NCBI GenBank assembly: GCA_963693365.1
Contig: CAVNZM010000005.1
Location: forward strand, 992,001 to 1,056,000
Length of the DNA stretch: 64,000 bases
Source of the DNA: Amoebidium appalachense
Lineage: Eukaryota; Protista; Ichthyosporea
Reading direction: 5' to 3'
The notes beneath the pieces are model-generated. The model was not told the origin of the DNA and did not search any database. It saw nothing but the letters and a program-made list of their open reading frames with translations. The stretch's first letter is position 1, and every line of letters begins with the position of its first letter. The position numbers and the translations under genes were made by a program. This document shows positions 13,279-42,609 of the stretch, piece by piece.

Positions 13279-14435
13279 ATGAGGTGGTCCGGGCTTTTGG
13301 CGGTCTGCATGGCAGCCTTTGCAGGTGAGACTTTGCTCCGCAGCCGGGCTGGCTGGTGCACACACACACGACTGCGTGCACACCTGAAGGACCCAGTAGA
13401 CTCGCACTAGTGTTCAAAGTACACTATCTACACAACCAAAGTACTAGGTCTGATGGTGGTCAGGGTGGGGTACCATTTGCTCTCCCTCCTCCCCCCCCGC
13501 CCTGCCCTCTCCCCCGGCCCTCACTCATATCAACCCCCCCCCCCCCCCCCCCCCCTGGTCCCCCCTCAGCCCCTAGTGGCCAAGGTGGCCCCCGTGGGTT
13601 CCTGACAGCATGCTATACAAAGGAACAATAAGGGACCGATAACAAAAAGACTAAGATGTTAATCTGACTTTCACAGTGAAGAAGGAGAAGGGGGGGGGGG
13701 GGGGGGGGGGGGGGGGAGTCCTACGGTGTGTTGCGCATGCGAAACTCTTTTTCGAACTCCACGTCAAATATCTGATATGAAGTCACTCATTGCAGGTGCC
13801 AATGAGGTTTTGAATCCAACATTCAACAGAACGGCCGTGTGGAAAAAACACGGCACTGGTAAGGTCACAATTTCGACCAGCAACAACCGTGCCACCGTAG
13901 TAACCGATTCATCCAATCTAATTGCGGGGATTGGGCAAGTGCTGACTTTGAACCAATCAGCACCAAGCACCATCACTGCGGAAATCGATACGAAACTATC
14001 CGGAACATTCAAAAAGAGCGGAAACAAGGAGGCAGTGTATGGTCTCTTGGGTGAAGCTGAGTATCAGGATGGCAGCAAGGAGAGTGTGCGTTTGGTTGAA
14101 GTATCTCCCATGAGCAGCACCTACAAAACGTTCACGGGCAAATTCACCCCGCCTAAGCCAATCAAAACGCTTACTGTCATTGCCATGCTCCGCTACCACC
14201 AGGGGAAGGCAATGTTCACTCGAGTGTCGATCGAGGAAGAGCCAGGTAGAGACCCCTCCCCACTGACACCCCCCTCCTCTCCTCCCCTCCTCCCCCCCTT
14301 CCCCCCTCCCCCCACCCCACCCGCCCACACACCCACACATCCATGTTTAGCCTTCCCCCGATTGTGCCCTGCCCCCCCCCCCCCTCCCCCCCCCCCCCCC
14401 CGCCATCCCCACATTCCACATCCCCCCCCCCCCCC

Positions 14436-14471
<36 letters not shown>

Positions 14472-15588
14472 ACACACTCCGGGCGTGTCTGTGCTGATGT
14501 TGTTCACTAACACACCCTCTTTCTCTCCAGTCACCCCAAGTGCAACAACCACTACGGAGATCACCAGCCCCACAGCCACACCCACACCACCCGCCCCATC
14601 CGGGGTCCAATACGTAAAAATCCCCACCGGTGTAACTTGGCAACTGCGTGCTTGGTGTGGGCCCGGGGAGAGGTGCCATTCCGGCAGTGTGGCTGGCAAG
14701 AGTGTTGTTGATGTGGACCTGTTTGATGTGTCGGCCAGCGAGATCAAGAAGTTGGCTGATAGTGGCCTCCTCGTCCTGTGCTACTACAGTGCCGGTATGT
14801 TGCTCCCCCCCCCCCCCCCCCTTCCCTCTCCCCCTCCCCACCCCCCTCCTCCCCCCTCTTTCACCCGCACAGGGAGTAGTCTTCTCACCCTCTATTTACT
14901 CCAAACATTGGTGCTCTCTCGTTCCCGAGCTTTTCTAGCTATCTCTCTCTCTCCCCACCTCCCCCCCACCGCCCCCTTTCTTTCTCGCCGCACCCCCCTC
15001 CCCCCTTCCCCCCCTCATCCACCCTTCCTCCCCCCCATACACACGCACACACCCACATTCTCCTTTTGCTTTTACCCTCTTTTCCCCGGCCTCTCCACCA
15101 TTTATACCCCATCCCCCCCCGTGATATCGATGAAACCGTGCAAAAAAGGCACAAACAAACCAGAAGTAAACAGGCATGAACTGACCCCCCCCCCCCCCCC
15201 CCCCCCCCCGGCCAACCGTCCCCCCTTCCCTCCCTTCCCTCCCCTGCAGGCACATACGAAGCATGGCGCCCGGATGCCAAATCCTTCCCCCGTAGCCTTC
15301 TGACGGTCAAGATGTCTGGCTGGGACGAGACGTGGCTGGATATCCGCAAGACCGACCTGCTCTATCCTATCATGGCGGCTAGAATCCAGCTGGCAAAGAA
15401 GAAGGGCTGCCACGGTGTGGAGCCAGACAACGTGGACTGCTGGTCGAATAAGTGTGTGAGTGATAAGAAGGCCGAGGACAAGGGCATGTACCAGCAGCAG
15501 CTCAAGTACAACAAGTGGTCTGCAGACTATGCCCACAGCCTGGGCCTGGCTATTGGCCTCAAGAACGACCTGCCCCAGGTGTGTGTGT

Positions 15589-15623
<35 letters not shown>

Positions 15624-17467
15624 CTCGCCACGGTGTGTGCCTGTGCATCTCCCCCCCCCCCCCCCCCCCCCCCCCTTTCCCCCTTTCCCATCTTGAGTAT
15701 ATCAGGACCTCTCACTCGCTTAAGTTTACCCCCCCACCCCCACCCCCCCCCCCCCCCCCACCCCCGGGCACATTCTCCTAACCCCCTCCCCAATCTCCAC
15801 ACACCTCTTCCGCCCGTGTACATGTCTAACCCGCCCTCGCTTATATCACAGATCCCCGATCTAGTCAACTACTACGACTATGCCGTTAACGAGGAATGCC
15901 ACGAGCGCTCAGGCGAATGCAAAGAGATCCTCCCTTTCATCAAACAGAACAAGGCCGTGCTTGCTACCGACTACAAGGGGCCATTCAGCAAAGTCTGCAA
16001 TGCCGCTGCAACCTTGAAGTTTTCACAGAAGGTCGACAGTAACGGGCAGTGGAAGGATTGCTCATGGAACGAGGGGAATACCTACCCGAAATCAAAGTGG
16101 CAGTATGCTTCTTATATCAAGGCCGACAATTACGAGGAGCAGGATATTATCGGGGATGTGGCTGATGAGACCGAGACCGAGGTTGTGGAGGATGTTGCTG
16201 CCGGGTTCACCGACACGACTTCCTCGGACACTTCAGTAGGTGCTGTTACCGAGGCCGACAGTACCGAGGATGATGTAGTCTACAGCGACGAATACTCTCA
16301 GGAATACACAGCCGAGCACGGGGACGAAGCAGCTATTGACGAGACCGAGATGCCATCTTCGGATGAATTCGAAATTGTAAATGCTCGGACAAGTCAAGCA
16401 GACAAAACCGAGGGATGGCTATCTGTGGGTACGGGTGCCACGTGGGAGAATCGGGCCTGGTGTGGGGCTGGGCGGTGCAGAGGGGGTTCTGTGGATGGGA
16501 CGATTGTGTTTGTGGATCTGGACGACACACAGGCCAGCGAGATTGCTGACATTAAATCTAAGGTGGGTTAAACTTATTACGCTATTGGTTTATGGTTTTA
16601 CGTTTGAAAACACGCACCAACAGATCTCAGTCTCAAACCTGTTCATTGCATAGGTGCAAATAACTACCCAAGGATGCATGTGTGTGATTGTGGAAGCAAT
16701 TCGTCCTCGTGTTTTTGCAACAAGTGTTGTTACAATTTTTTCTTTGTGGAAGGGGGGAGGGGGGGGGGGGGGCTGGGAGGGTGGGGGTGGGGGGGGAGGG
16801 GGGGGGGTCCTCAGGATACCTATGCACCACTAGGCCTCGTGCAAGAACAGTGCATGGTATGGTCATGCAGGGCGGACACTTACCTTATTGTATCCTGCAG
16901 GGCAAGTCTGTGATCTGCCACTTCTCAGCCGGAACCCACGAATCCTTCCGCCAGGACTCCATTGCCCCCACCCTAATGGGTAAAAGTCACCCCGTGTGGA
17001 TGGAGAGCTGGCTGGACATCCGCAAACTGGATTCGGGCCTCGACCAATGGATTCAGTCCAGAATCGATCTTGCTTCCAAAAAGGGATGCAATGGGATCGC
17101 ACCCGATAACGTCGATTGCTGGCAGAATGAATGTGTTGATGGTGAGGGACCAGGGAGCCAAGTGATGTACCAGGCACAACTAAAATACAACAAATTCATC
17201 GCAAGTCGGGCACACGCAAAGGGTCTGTCGGTCGGCCTGCACAATGATCTAGATCAGATCGGCGATCTGGTGGGCGACTTTGATTGGGCGGTGGTTGAGT
17301 CGTGCAACAAGTATAACGAGTGCCGATTGGTTAAGCCGTTTGTCGATGCGGGAAAAGCGGTTTTCGCAGTTGAATATGGTGGGTCCAAGGAGAATATTTG
17401 TGCCAAGGCGAGTGCTTACGGTCTGTCTATGCTCTTAAATGTGGGGGGAACATGGCAGGCGTGCTAG
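13279..17467 (+). CDS. Secreted tandem GH114 (endo-alpha-1,4-galactosaminidase, Ega3/PelA-like) with an N-terminal CBM-like beta domain
   Basis: Exons ~13279-13324, 13796-14245, 14531-14794, 15250-15578, 15852-16562 and 16901-17467. Two domains: CYYSAG..WLDIR..GVEPDNVD..GLKNDL..AVNEEC and CHFSAG..WLDIR..GIAPDNVD..GLHNDL..AVVESC. Signal peptide present; acidic linker between the domains. Confidence 0.9.
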
Positions 17468-18327
17468 ATTTAAGTAAGAAATACGTGAATATGTGAAGGT
17501 TTTCCGTGTGATATATCGAATGTTTATACCCTAACACTTGCCACCCACGAATAGCCTTACCCACTGTGTGTTCTGAATCTGTGTCTAGGCCTAGGTCTAT
17601 TGGTGTCGTATTCAGTAATGTCTGTATCTATGAACGTCTCTAGCATAGTATACACCCTATGATACTTTAAATATAATCATGATCTGAAAGTGTTGATATG
17701 TTCTCTGCAGTTTGAAAGTGACGTGATATATGTGTTTCTTGTTTTTGCCACCACACGTTTATATATTGGATGAAGTTACTAAATGAAGTTAATATGCATC
17801 GAAGGGTGTTGAATGTTCATCAGTGATGCATTCCACCAATAAAATTTAACCATACAAGGCATCGGGCCATTAGTTCAAGAACCAACCCCTCCCCCTCCCC
17901 CCCCCCCCCCCCCCCCCCCCCGCTACTCTCTCTCCTCAGAATCAATCAAAGGAGGGGAAAAAAAAAAAAGTGGCATCGCAAATTACTTGGTTGGTTGTGT
18001 AGGCACACAAACGCTCATGTTGGCGCGAGCATTTTGTCCTGAAATAGGGGCTGTTGGTATCATTGGTGGGCCCACGAGATTAAGGTACGCACATGTTTGG
18101 CACAGCATATAAGCAATTGCTTGGGTGGTGAGTTCCTGCAAACCCTTTTCCGTTTACCTTTCCCCCCCCCCCATCTTCCTTCCTTTCTTCCTTCTTTCTT
18201 TCATTTTCCTTTTTATTTTATTTTAGTTATTATTATTTTTATTTTTTTTCCGGGGGGGGGGGGGGGGGGGGGAAGGGAGGGGGGAGGAGGATGGGGGAGA
18301 AGGGAGGGGAGACAGCGGGTGAAAAAA

Positions 18328-18358
<31 letters not shown>

Positions 18359-18769
18359 GAGGGGGGGCAAAAGAGAAAGAGAGAGAGAGAGACACACACA
18401 CAGACAGACAGACAGAAGGAGATGCCCTTTTCTTTGCTTACCGGTGTCGGGGCAGAGTCATCCTTTCTCTCATGCTCTCTGCTCACCTGTCGGTGCTTGT
18501 GTGCCCATGTCCGTGGGCTTCTCTCTGCCTGTGCGTTTCTCACCCTTCTTCTCTCTCTGCTTGTGTCTGTATAAAAGGGCAACACGGTGCATGTAGGTGC
18601 GTGCTTGAGGTTCGGGGGGTTTTCTCGAGGGGTTTCTCTCTTTCTTGCTTTTCTCCCTCAATGTCTCCTGTGTTTTTTCTTTCTTCCCTTCTTTGCTGCA
18701 ACTGCTGCTGGCAGCGTTGTATGTGTGTGTGTGCGCGTGTGTGCGTGTGTGTGTGCGTGTGTCTGTGTG

Positions 18770-18814
<45 letters not shown>

Positions 18815-18899
18815 GTGTGCGTGTGACACGTGGGTGTGACACGTGCGCGTGCGTGTGTGTGTGTGTAGGTGTGCATGTGTGTGCACAGGATGTTGATGG

Positions 18900-25555
<6,656 letters not shown>

Positions 25556-26519
25556 TTCCAATATTAGTTAAATTACACACGCTTATATAGCTAGAATCAC
25601 GAAACATGCATCTGTTTGTTGATTGCAGAAAGCTTTCCTGTGGGGATGTATCTCCCTCTTGCTGCTACCGTAGCTTCAGTCATCACAGGATCAAGCTGTT
25701 ATAAAAAAAGGCCCTTTGTTTCATCAAAAACAAGATATAGAGTAGTTACTGAAGTCAGAAGAACGAAAAACATTGAGACGCTAACCAGATAAAGAAATGT
25801 CCTAAAGAGTTGAGTTCAGAACCCAACCTTTGTACGGCTAAATCCAAAGAAAACGATCATCCGAGCTCTTTGTGCCGGTTGATGCTTTTTATAACACATT
25901 GGCATGCAAAGGAATTCCAACAATGTTTACAATAGTCGTATTTGGTTAGTAAGTAACGTTTTGGATTCGTGGATAGTAAGTGGCGAGGAAGCGCGAAATT
26001 GCCATGTTTGGGCAAGAAAAGCAGACTTCAAAAAACGCGGCCACGTCTAACACGTACTGACGTGTTGCCGCACGTGCGACGTTTTTTACATCTACTTAGG
26101 CGGCGAAAAAAAAAAAAAAAAAAAAAAAAGGAGACACCGCCTCAGTAGGTGGTAGCGGCCACATCTGAGTCAGACGTTGGCTGAGCGAAGCCTGGAAGAA
26201 AAATTGAAACGGGAGGCATTTCCTGGTGATTATAAAGCAGAGTCAGTAATACACTAGCGTCGCAAAGGAGGCAGTTTTATTGACGTACACACCCCCTTTT
26301 TCTCTGCAATCTGCTATTTACAAATCATCCGTTTCCGTTTTTTCCCTTTTGAACTAAACCCTTTGTAGATAGACAATCCACCACTTTGGAACTGTTTTAT
26401 ATACACTTCCTTTCAAACTTGAGTTCAGAGCCTCCATGCTTCTAAATCCAATTTACTCACGACACCGTATATACCACACCCAAGACGACGCTATTTTATA
26501 GCGGCCTATCAGATTGGAA

Positions 26520-27122
26520 ATGACGCTGCTGGATGAGATTAGACTGCTAGAGATCAACCCGACCAAACCAGAAGATGCAGACCTCTATGCTAAGGCAAGT
26601 GTGCGAAGGCTTAGTCTCTCAAAACTGTGATACCTTGAGGTATGAGTGGGCAGGGTATAGGAGAGGGTAAAAATCAAGGCAAAGAAGGCCAGAAAGGTGA
26701 ACGGAGGGACGGGTAGGTGGGGGTGTGTGGGGGCAGAAAAAAGAAAGCGTAAACTGGGGGGCAAGCTTCCAGTGTGGGATCGTGTGATCGTGTGTAGAAC
26801 GGTATCAAATAAGCTGGAAGGAACAACGAAAAACGAAGCTAATGTCGATGGCATATTGTAATAGGCACACTGAGAAATTAAAAAAAGGAGTAGTGTGACA
26901 GATCTGAGGAATGGATGGTTGAGGGTGGGGGGAGGGTGGGGGGGGGGGGGGGGGGGGGGGGGGGGGAGGGGGAGGGAGTGAGCTGAAGCCAGATAAAGAT
27001 AGACAGACACACAATACGCATACACACAGAGAAAGAGGGAGACAGACAGACAGACAGACAATCAGACTGAGTGAGAAAGAGAGCGAGCGAGGGTGCGAGA
27101 GAGGGAAAGACAGGTTGTGTGT

Positions 27123-27194
<72 letters not shown>

Positions 27195-27405
27195 TGTGTG
27201 TGTGTGTGTGTGAGGAGTGGGGGGGAAGGGAGGGAGGAACACCCACACACCCACACCCACACACCCACCCCAGCCCCCCCCCCCCCCCCCCACGCACACA
27301 CAACACACCCACACACACACACACACAGGCACCCACACACCCACACCCACACACCCACCCCAGCCCCCCCCTCCCCCCCCCCCCCATGCACACACAACAC
27401 ACACA

Positions 27406-27444
<39 letters not shown>

Positions 27445-27733
27445 TGTGTGTGTGTATGAGGCAGAGAGAGGAAGGGTATGGGGAGGCGGCGAGGGGCGAT
27501 GCAGGCAGGGGCTCGAGGGAGCATGGGGGACAGGGAGGGGGGTGGAGGTTGGAGGGAAGGTTTGGTAAAGGAGGGGTGGAGGGTAGGAGGTGGGACGTTG
27601 GGAGGATGTGGGGCAGAGAGAGAGGGATGGAGGGAGCGGAGGGCAGAGATAGAGGGATGCAGAGAGTGAGAAAGTAGAGGGACGGAGAGGGAGAGCGAGA
27701 GGGAGAGAGTGAGGGGGGGGGGGGGGGGGGGAG

Positions 27734-27780
<47 letters not shown>

Positions 27781-28308
27781 GAAAGAGAGAAAGAGAGAGA
27801 GAGTTTGTGCGCGTGCTTGTGTGAGTGTGTCTGTGACACCGAGAGAGAAATTGATAGAGAGAGAAGGAAGGGAGAGAGAGAGAGACAGTGTGAGAGAGAT
27901 TGTGTGAATAAAAGAAGGGGAGACAGTGAAATGGAGGGAATGAAACACACACACTTACACACCTCACATACATCATTACCAGAGAAGAAGGCAGGCAGGG
28001 AGTGAGCGGAGAGGAGGGGTTGATTTGGGAAAACGAGAGAGAGTTCAAGAGGGGGAACGAACAGGGGAGGAAGAGACAGGAAGGGAACCACAAACATCAA
28101 TAGAGAGGGTAGGAGTAGGAGTGAGGGACAAGGGTGGGTGAGATAGGGGAATACAGGAAGGTAAGGACGTTGGGTGGGAAGAAGAGAGAGAGAGAAAGAT
28201 AGAGACAGGGAGGGGGGAAGAGGTGGGGGGAGGGGGGAGAGGGGGCGGGGAGAGAGGGAGAGAGAGAGGGGGGGGGGGGGGGAAGAGAGAAAGGGGGGGG
28301 GGGGGGGG

Positions 28309-28351
<43 letters not shown>

Positions 28352-28884
28352 GTGTTGATAGAGGTGCAAGCCTGAGCATGTTCATGGGTGTACATGCAAA
28401 GGCGGAGCAGGAAGAACACAACAGAAGAAGCGGGGGAAGAATTTCCGAATAGAAACTGTTGATAGTTCTGGGTTGCTGGGCTGCAACCTGACTGTAAAAC
28501 ACAATCTTTCAGGAGCGTGATTTGAGATATGAGATTCTGCGCAAACCCCTTGGAGGGATATATTCAGACCGCAAGAATGCTAAGTTTGAGTTTGAGGACG
28601 TGTCCATCCATCTTGTGGCCGTTACACCGGACTCTCGTAAGTCGATGTCCCTAAGAAAACCCATGCTAAGAAAACCCATTTTAAGAAAACCCATGCAGCT
28701 TGCTTTCATTTGCTTTACTCCCTGCCCCTGGTACCTCCCCTTTCTCCGTGCACGGGGACCTACCCAATTGCCCTAATGACACATATGCCATGCTTGCACA
28801 TCACTCTTCCATACCCCTCGATGTTCCGTCCGTGTGTCATCCTTTTCCTTTTGCCACCCCTCGCATTCCCCTGTTCCTCTCTCG

Positions 28885-28922
<38 letters not shown>

Positions 28923-29642
28923 ACCCACCCATTCATCCACAAACCCTCTGCTCTGCCCCCTGCCTTCAGCCTTCTGCCCCCCCGGATTAGGCTAAGAGGG
29001 GAAAACACGAATTAGGAAGAAGGGGTGAACAATGATAAGAGTATGTGAATACCAGCAACACAGGGGTGAATAGTCATCCGTATTCACGGATACATCAATA
29101 ACACATGGATGTTTGCAGGGGTAGTGGGCTGTGTGCTGTTTAACCCCGGCTACAACAGATGCGGCAGACTCTACCAAATGGTGGGTAATGATAGACAATA
29201 CTATAGCACACCTCATGGCACTGCTGTATTCCCTGTGCATGAATCTTTGTCGTTTGGTGTAGTGCACCGTTGTCTTCGTTTGTGTGTTGTATCTTATCCT
29301 GTATATACCCCCCCCCTCCCCCCCCCCCCCCCCCCCCCCCCCCCCCGCAAATAATGTACTTCGGCCTCATTAGAGCTATGTGCATATGACACAGAAATCC
29401 TGTTGTGCTGTTTGCGTTCTCACTCTTCACTCTTTGTTCTTTGCGTGTTGACAGTGTCTCGTACACCAGCTCATGTGTTGGTAGGATATTCATGCCGGCA
29501 CACTAGGTCCAATTTTCAATAGACACGATCGGGGCGCAGATCACTATCCGATTGGGCGATGTCCAACACACATACACACACACATACGCTCACTCAATCA
29601 AGTGAATCACTCACACTCAATTACACACACACACACACAAAC

Positions 29643-29673
<31 letters not shown>

Positions 29674-30070
29674 TACAAACACACCCACTCACTCACTCAC
29701 TCACTCACTCACTCACTCACTCACTCCACTCACTCCATTCACTCACTCACTCACTCACTCACTCACTCACTCACTCACCCACTCACTCACCCACTCGCTC
29801 ACCCACTCACTTACTCACTCACTCACTCACTCACTCACTCACTCACTCACTCACTCACTCACTCACTCACTCACTCACTCACTCACTCACTCACCCACTC
29901 ACTCACTCACTCACTCACCTCACTCACTCACAAACACACATACACACATATACACACTCACTCACTCGCGTGCGCGCACACACACACACACACACATACA
30001 CACACACACGCACACGCACACGCACACGCACACGCGCACACACACGCACACGCACACGCACAAGCGCGCG

Positions 30071-30156
<86 letters not shown>

Positions 30157-30324
30157 TCCATATGTTTGTCCTGGTATATCTGACCTATGATATGTGCACA
30201 GGCAGTGGATCCCACCATGCGGGGCCAGGGCCTGGGCACTCGCCTGGTCAGACGGCTGGAGGAGGTGCTGAGGGAGAGAGGCTTCAACCAGATCACCCTG
30301 CATGCCCGGCAGGTGTCGGTACGT

Positions 30325-30422
<98 letters not shown>

Positions 30423-31183
30423 GCGGGGGGGGGGGGGGGGGGGGGGGAAGGGGGAGGAGAAACGGGACATGGGGGGGAGGGGGAGGGGAGGGGGAGGGGG
30501 GCCCACAACGCACGCACGCTGCGTGCGCGCGCACGTGTGTGTGATGGATCATGTGTGCGTGCTTGGGTGGGTTGAGAAGAGCAGGGGGTGCGTGGAGGGA
30601 AAGAGGGTTGTAGAGTCTGGCAAGAGAGGGTGGGGTGGTGGGGTAGATTGGGGGGTGGGGGGCGGGGGGTGGGGGGGGGGGGGTTGGAAGGGGGGGAACA
30701 GACTTCCCTTGGTTATCCAGGAAGTTGCAGATTGAAAGGAGGAGGAGAGAAAGGTCTTTCGAACATGTTTTCTTTCTTTCTTACTTTTTTTTTGGGGGGG
30801 GGGGGGGGGGGGGGGGGGGAAGAGGGGGGGGGGGGGGGGGGGGCGAGAATGGGCATAAGGCCACGTGGTGTACGGCGGAGGGGGCAAGAGGGACCGGGGG
30901 AGGGGGGGGGGGGGGGGGGATACTTGTATTGAATATTTTGGGCATGTGTGCATTGCTAGTGCATGGTTTGCGTGCTTGTATGCATGTGTGCATGTGACTT
31001 TCCCGTTCTTGTTCGTTTTTTTCGTGCACGTCCCCGTACACATGCACTTCATACAGGCTAGACGTCACTGACTGTGCTCTTTTTCAGGTCCAATTTTACG
31101 AAAAACTCGGGTTCCATGTACACGGCGAGCCATTTATTGAAGTCACAATTCCACACCGACACATGTCAAAAAAGCTGGTCTGA
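26520..31183 (+). CDS. GNAT N-acetyltransferase, ElaA/YjcF-like; 5 exons, first intron GC-AG
   Basis: Spliced protein MTLLDEIRLLEINPTKPEDADLYAK|ERDLRYEILRKPLG...HLVAV..|VVGCVLF..GRLYQM|AVDPTMRGQGLGTRLV...ITLHARQVS|VQFYEKLGF..GEPFIEVTIPHRHMSKKLV*. Acetyl-CoA motif RGQGLG. Confidence 0.9.
29685..29966. repeat. (ACTC)n tetranucleotide microsatellite, intronic
   Basis: Directly visible; it produces the THSL-repeat pseudo-ORFs in the track. Confidence 0.9.
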
Positions 31184-31931
31184 GTTAAGTACATTTTGTG
31201 CAAGGAGCAAGTGTTGTGTAGTTTTGCATGGTCGTCTAGTTCGACCGTGTGGCACTACCACATCCCCAGTTAGCGCTGTAGTAGTCGGCAAGGTGCCATA
31301 GTCATGAATCACAAAATACATACTTTCGTTCGGTCCCCGCACACAGTCGTACACACACGCATGCTGATTTAACACATGCTCAATCATCACACACGCGCGC
31401 GCGCACACACGCGCGCACACGCACACACAGAGTACACATACTTGCGGGATAACAGACGCCTCACCCCCCAGACACATGCACGAACATCAGTGGGATCCGC
31501 GCGCACATGGTCTTTCTGTGTTTGCCATATCTGCCTACCTGTGAGAGGAAAGGTTTGCGTTTTTTAAACCAGCGGGTTTACAAAGTATGATATTAAGCCA
31601 TATGGCTGCTTTGTGGAGGTATATAATATACAAACTGTGCGAAATGACATGCACCAATGTCTTTCTTTCAACAAAAAGCTGTGCAGTGAACCCATTGGCA
31701 AATATGCCGCTGTGTTACAGAATATGCACAATCAAGTCTCTTGTTACATACGCCTTGTAACACCTGTGCACTGTGTGCTGTGTATGTTCGAATCCCCAAG
31801 GTTTATTAGTTAGCCTGAAGGTGCTTAAGTCATACCCTCAATAAAGATAATGTGTGCAAGCTGTGCAAATTACTCTCTTTTTTTACCATGAGCTGCAAGA
31901 GAAGCTGCCACTGAGCGCTAGCATCGATATA

Positions 31932-31974
<43 letters not shown>

Positions 31975-32419
31975 ACCCCCCACCCCTCCCTTCGGCCTCC
32001 CGTGAACACGCGGTATGATGTACATACATACACAGCTACGTACGCAAGCTTGGTGCATGCACTGTCACAGTATCTGTACATGATATCGATACACAGGTAA
32101 CAACACAGAGCGCAAGCCCCCCCCCCCCCCCCTCCCCCCCTCCCGCAAGTCCAATGCATGGGTATCCAAGTATGCATGTCCGGGAGCCTGCAGCCAATAG
32201 ATCGCTATGTGTCACAGCCAATGAACAAGAATGAACGTTAACAAGAAAAAAGCATACATGTGGGACCCCCCAAACCCCCGTCTCTCTAGATTATACTGGA
32301 TAGAGATCTACGGATAGGAGAGGTATGGTCAACCTCAAGTCCCAACCTCCCCCCCCCCCTCCCCCCCCCCCCCCCTTCCCCCGACCGTCCGGATCCGACG
32401 TCGGACCTGTGGTGCATAC

Positions 32420-32500
32420 GCCCAATCAGCAGGCGTCAAAATAGCTATATTTGGAAGATTGCGCAACCCCAGTTACGCAAAGGGATTGATTTTGGCGCGC
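32420..32500 (+). promoter_or_regulatory. Putative ING3 promoter motifs (CCAAT box, E2F-like site)
   Basis: CCAATC at ~32422 and TTTGGCGC at 32491-32498, upstream of a probable non-coding first exon (donor gtgagt near 32889). Confidence 0.35.
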
Positions 32501-33901
32501 ATCATTATACAAGACAGACGTCAAGAGTGGCTGAGCTCACCAAAAACTACACTGTGACCACTCCAAAAGATAAAAGATGATGAAGACCTATTTTTTGGCG
32601 AGGGAGTTGACATTATAACGTTAGGAACACAATAGCGTTGACTGTGTGCTTTTGTGCCCGTGTAGCTAACAAACATTATGAGCCCTCTTTCCCCCAACCG
32701 CTTGTTCCAATAACTACTCGCAACGCGAGTGGCACAAATACACTGCAGGTTCTCTGCTGTTACGTCCCCTGTCTGTCGTGTGCAACACGGTCTTGGATCT
32801 CCCTGTTTCAAAACATAGACACAGATGTCGCTTTGCTGTTCTTGATGAGCCTTCTTCTAAGAATTTAGCCACTACGCCCGTGTGTAAGGTGAGTTTTGTG
32901 GTGGTGCCATTGTGAAGTTGGAACGGATCTGTTCTGCTTGTGTGGGTTGAAAGCCGACTGAATAGGGATTCACGTGTGTCGGTTTCAGCTGCCGATCGTC
33001 GTCTTATTATCGGGTATGCTGCTTCTGCCGCTACTTGTTCATGTTACGGAGCATGCACACTGTGATGGCTACACTTCTTTTGCGTTTGCATTGCACGTAA
33101 ACTCCTTATTCTTCCTCACCCACCCACCCACACACACAAAGAAAAGGGTGAGGGAGGGAAGGATTCTTACCTGAAGAGTTTTAATTAGGTAGGTCTTACA
33201 TGAAATTAGACTGAAGGGCCAAACCAGCAGCGAAAAAGAGGGGGGGGAGGGGGGGGGGGGGGGGAGGGGGGAAGGGAGGGAGAGGGGGGGAGGGGGAGAG
33301 GGCAAGGGGTTGCTGGGGGAGGGTGCTAGGAGGCAACGTGGTGTGAGGAGGAGGAGGGTGAGGGGGGAAGGGGGAGAGGGGGGCTTCGGGGAGGAAGGGT
33401 ATTCGTTGGAGGATGGGGGGGAAGAGTGGGGGGGGAGGGGGGCGCTTCGGGGAGGAAGGGGATTCGTTGGGCCCCTTCACTCCCCCCCCCCCCTTCTCTT
33501 AACATAATGGAGACATGGCTCTCCCCTTCTCCTTTGTCTACAGCAAGACATGTGGACCCTGCCTACACTTGGCCTATTCCACTATTTCTCTTTCATACGC
33601 ACCCAAGTTGATAAACGCTTTTCCTACCCGTAATTACCTGGGATGGGTATTTTCGGTTCTATCTGGTGTGTGACAACGAAGACTCACAGAGCATCATCCC
33701 CCCCCCCCCCCCCCCCCTCCCCCCTCCCCCCTCCCCCCGGGGCGTTATCTACCTACCCTCCCTTCCACCTGCTCCCCCCCCCCCCCTCCGCTCCCCCTAC
33801 CCTGCTCCATCTCTCTCAGGGCTCTCTCTGGGCCTTTTTTAACTTCGGCCCAAACACGACACGAAGTTGTGGTCCTGTGGGGCCGAGTGAGGGCAGCCAA
33901 C

Positions 33902-42609
<8,708 letters not shown>

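Noticed and set aside
26805-28502. Long ORFs such as the 565-aa, 428-aa and 338-aa poly-P/G, CV/HT and LS/RE proteins
   Set aside because: They arise from stop-free intronic homopolymers and microsatellites and have no domain content.
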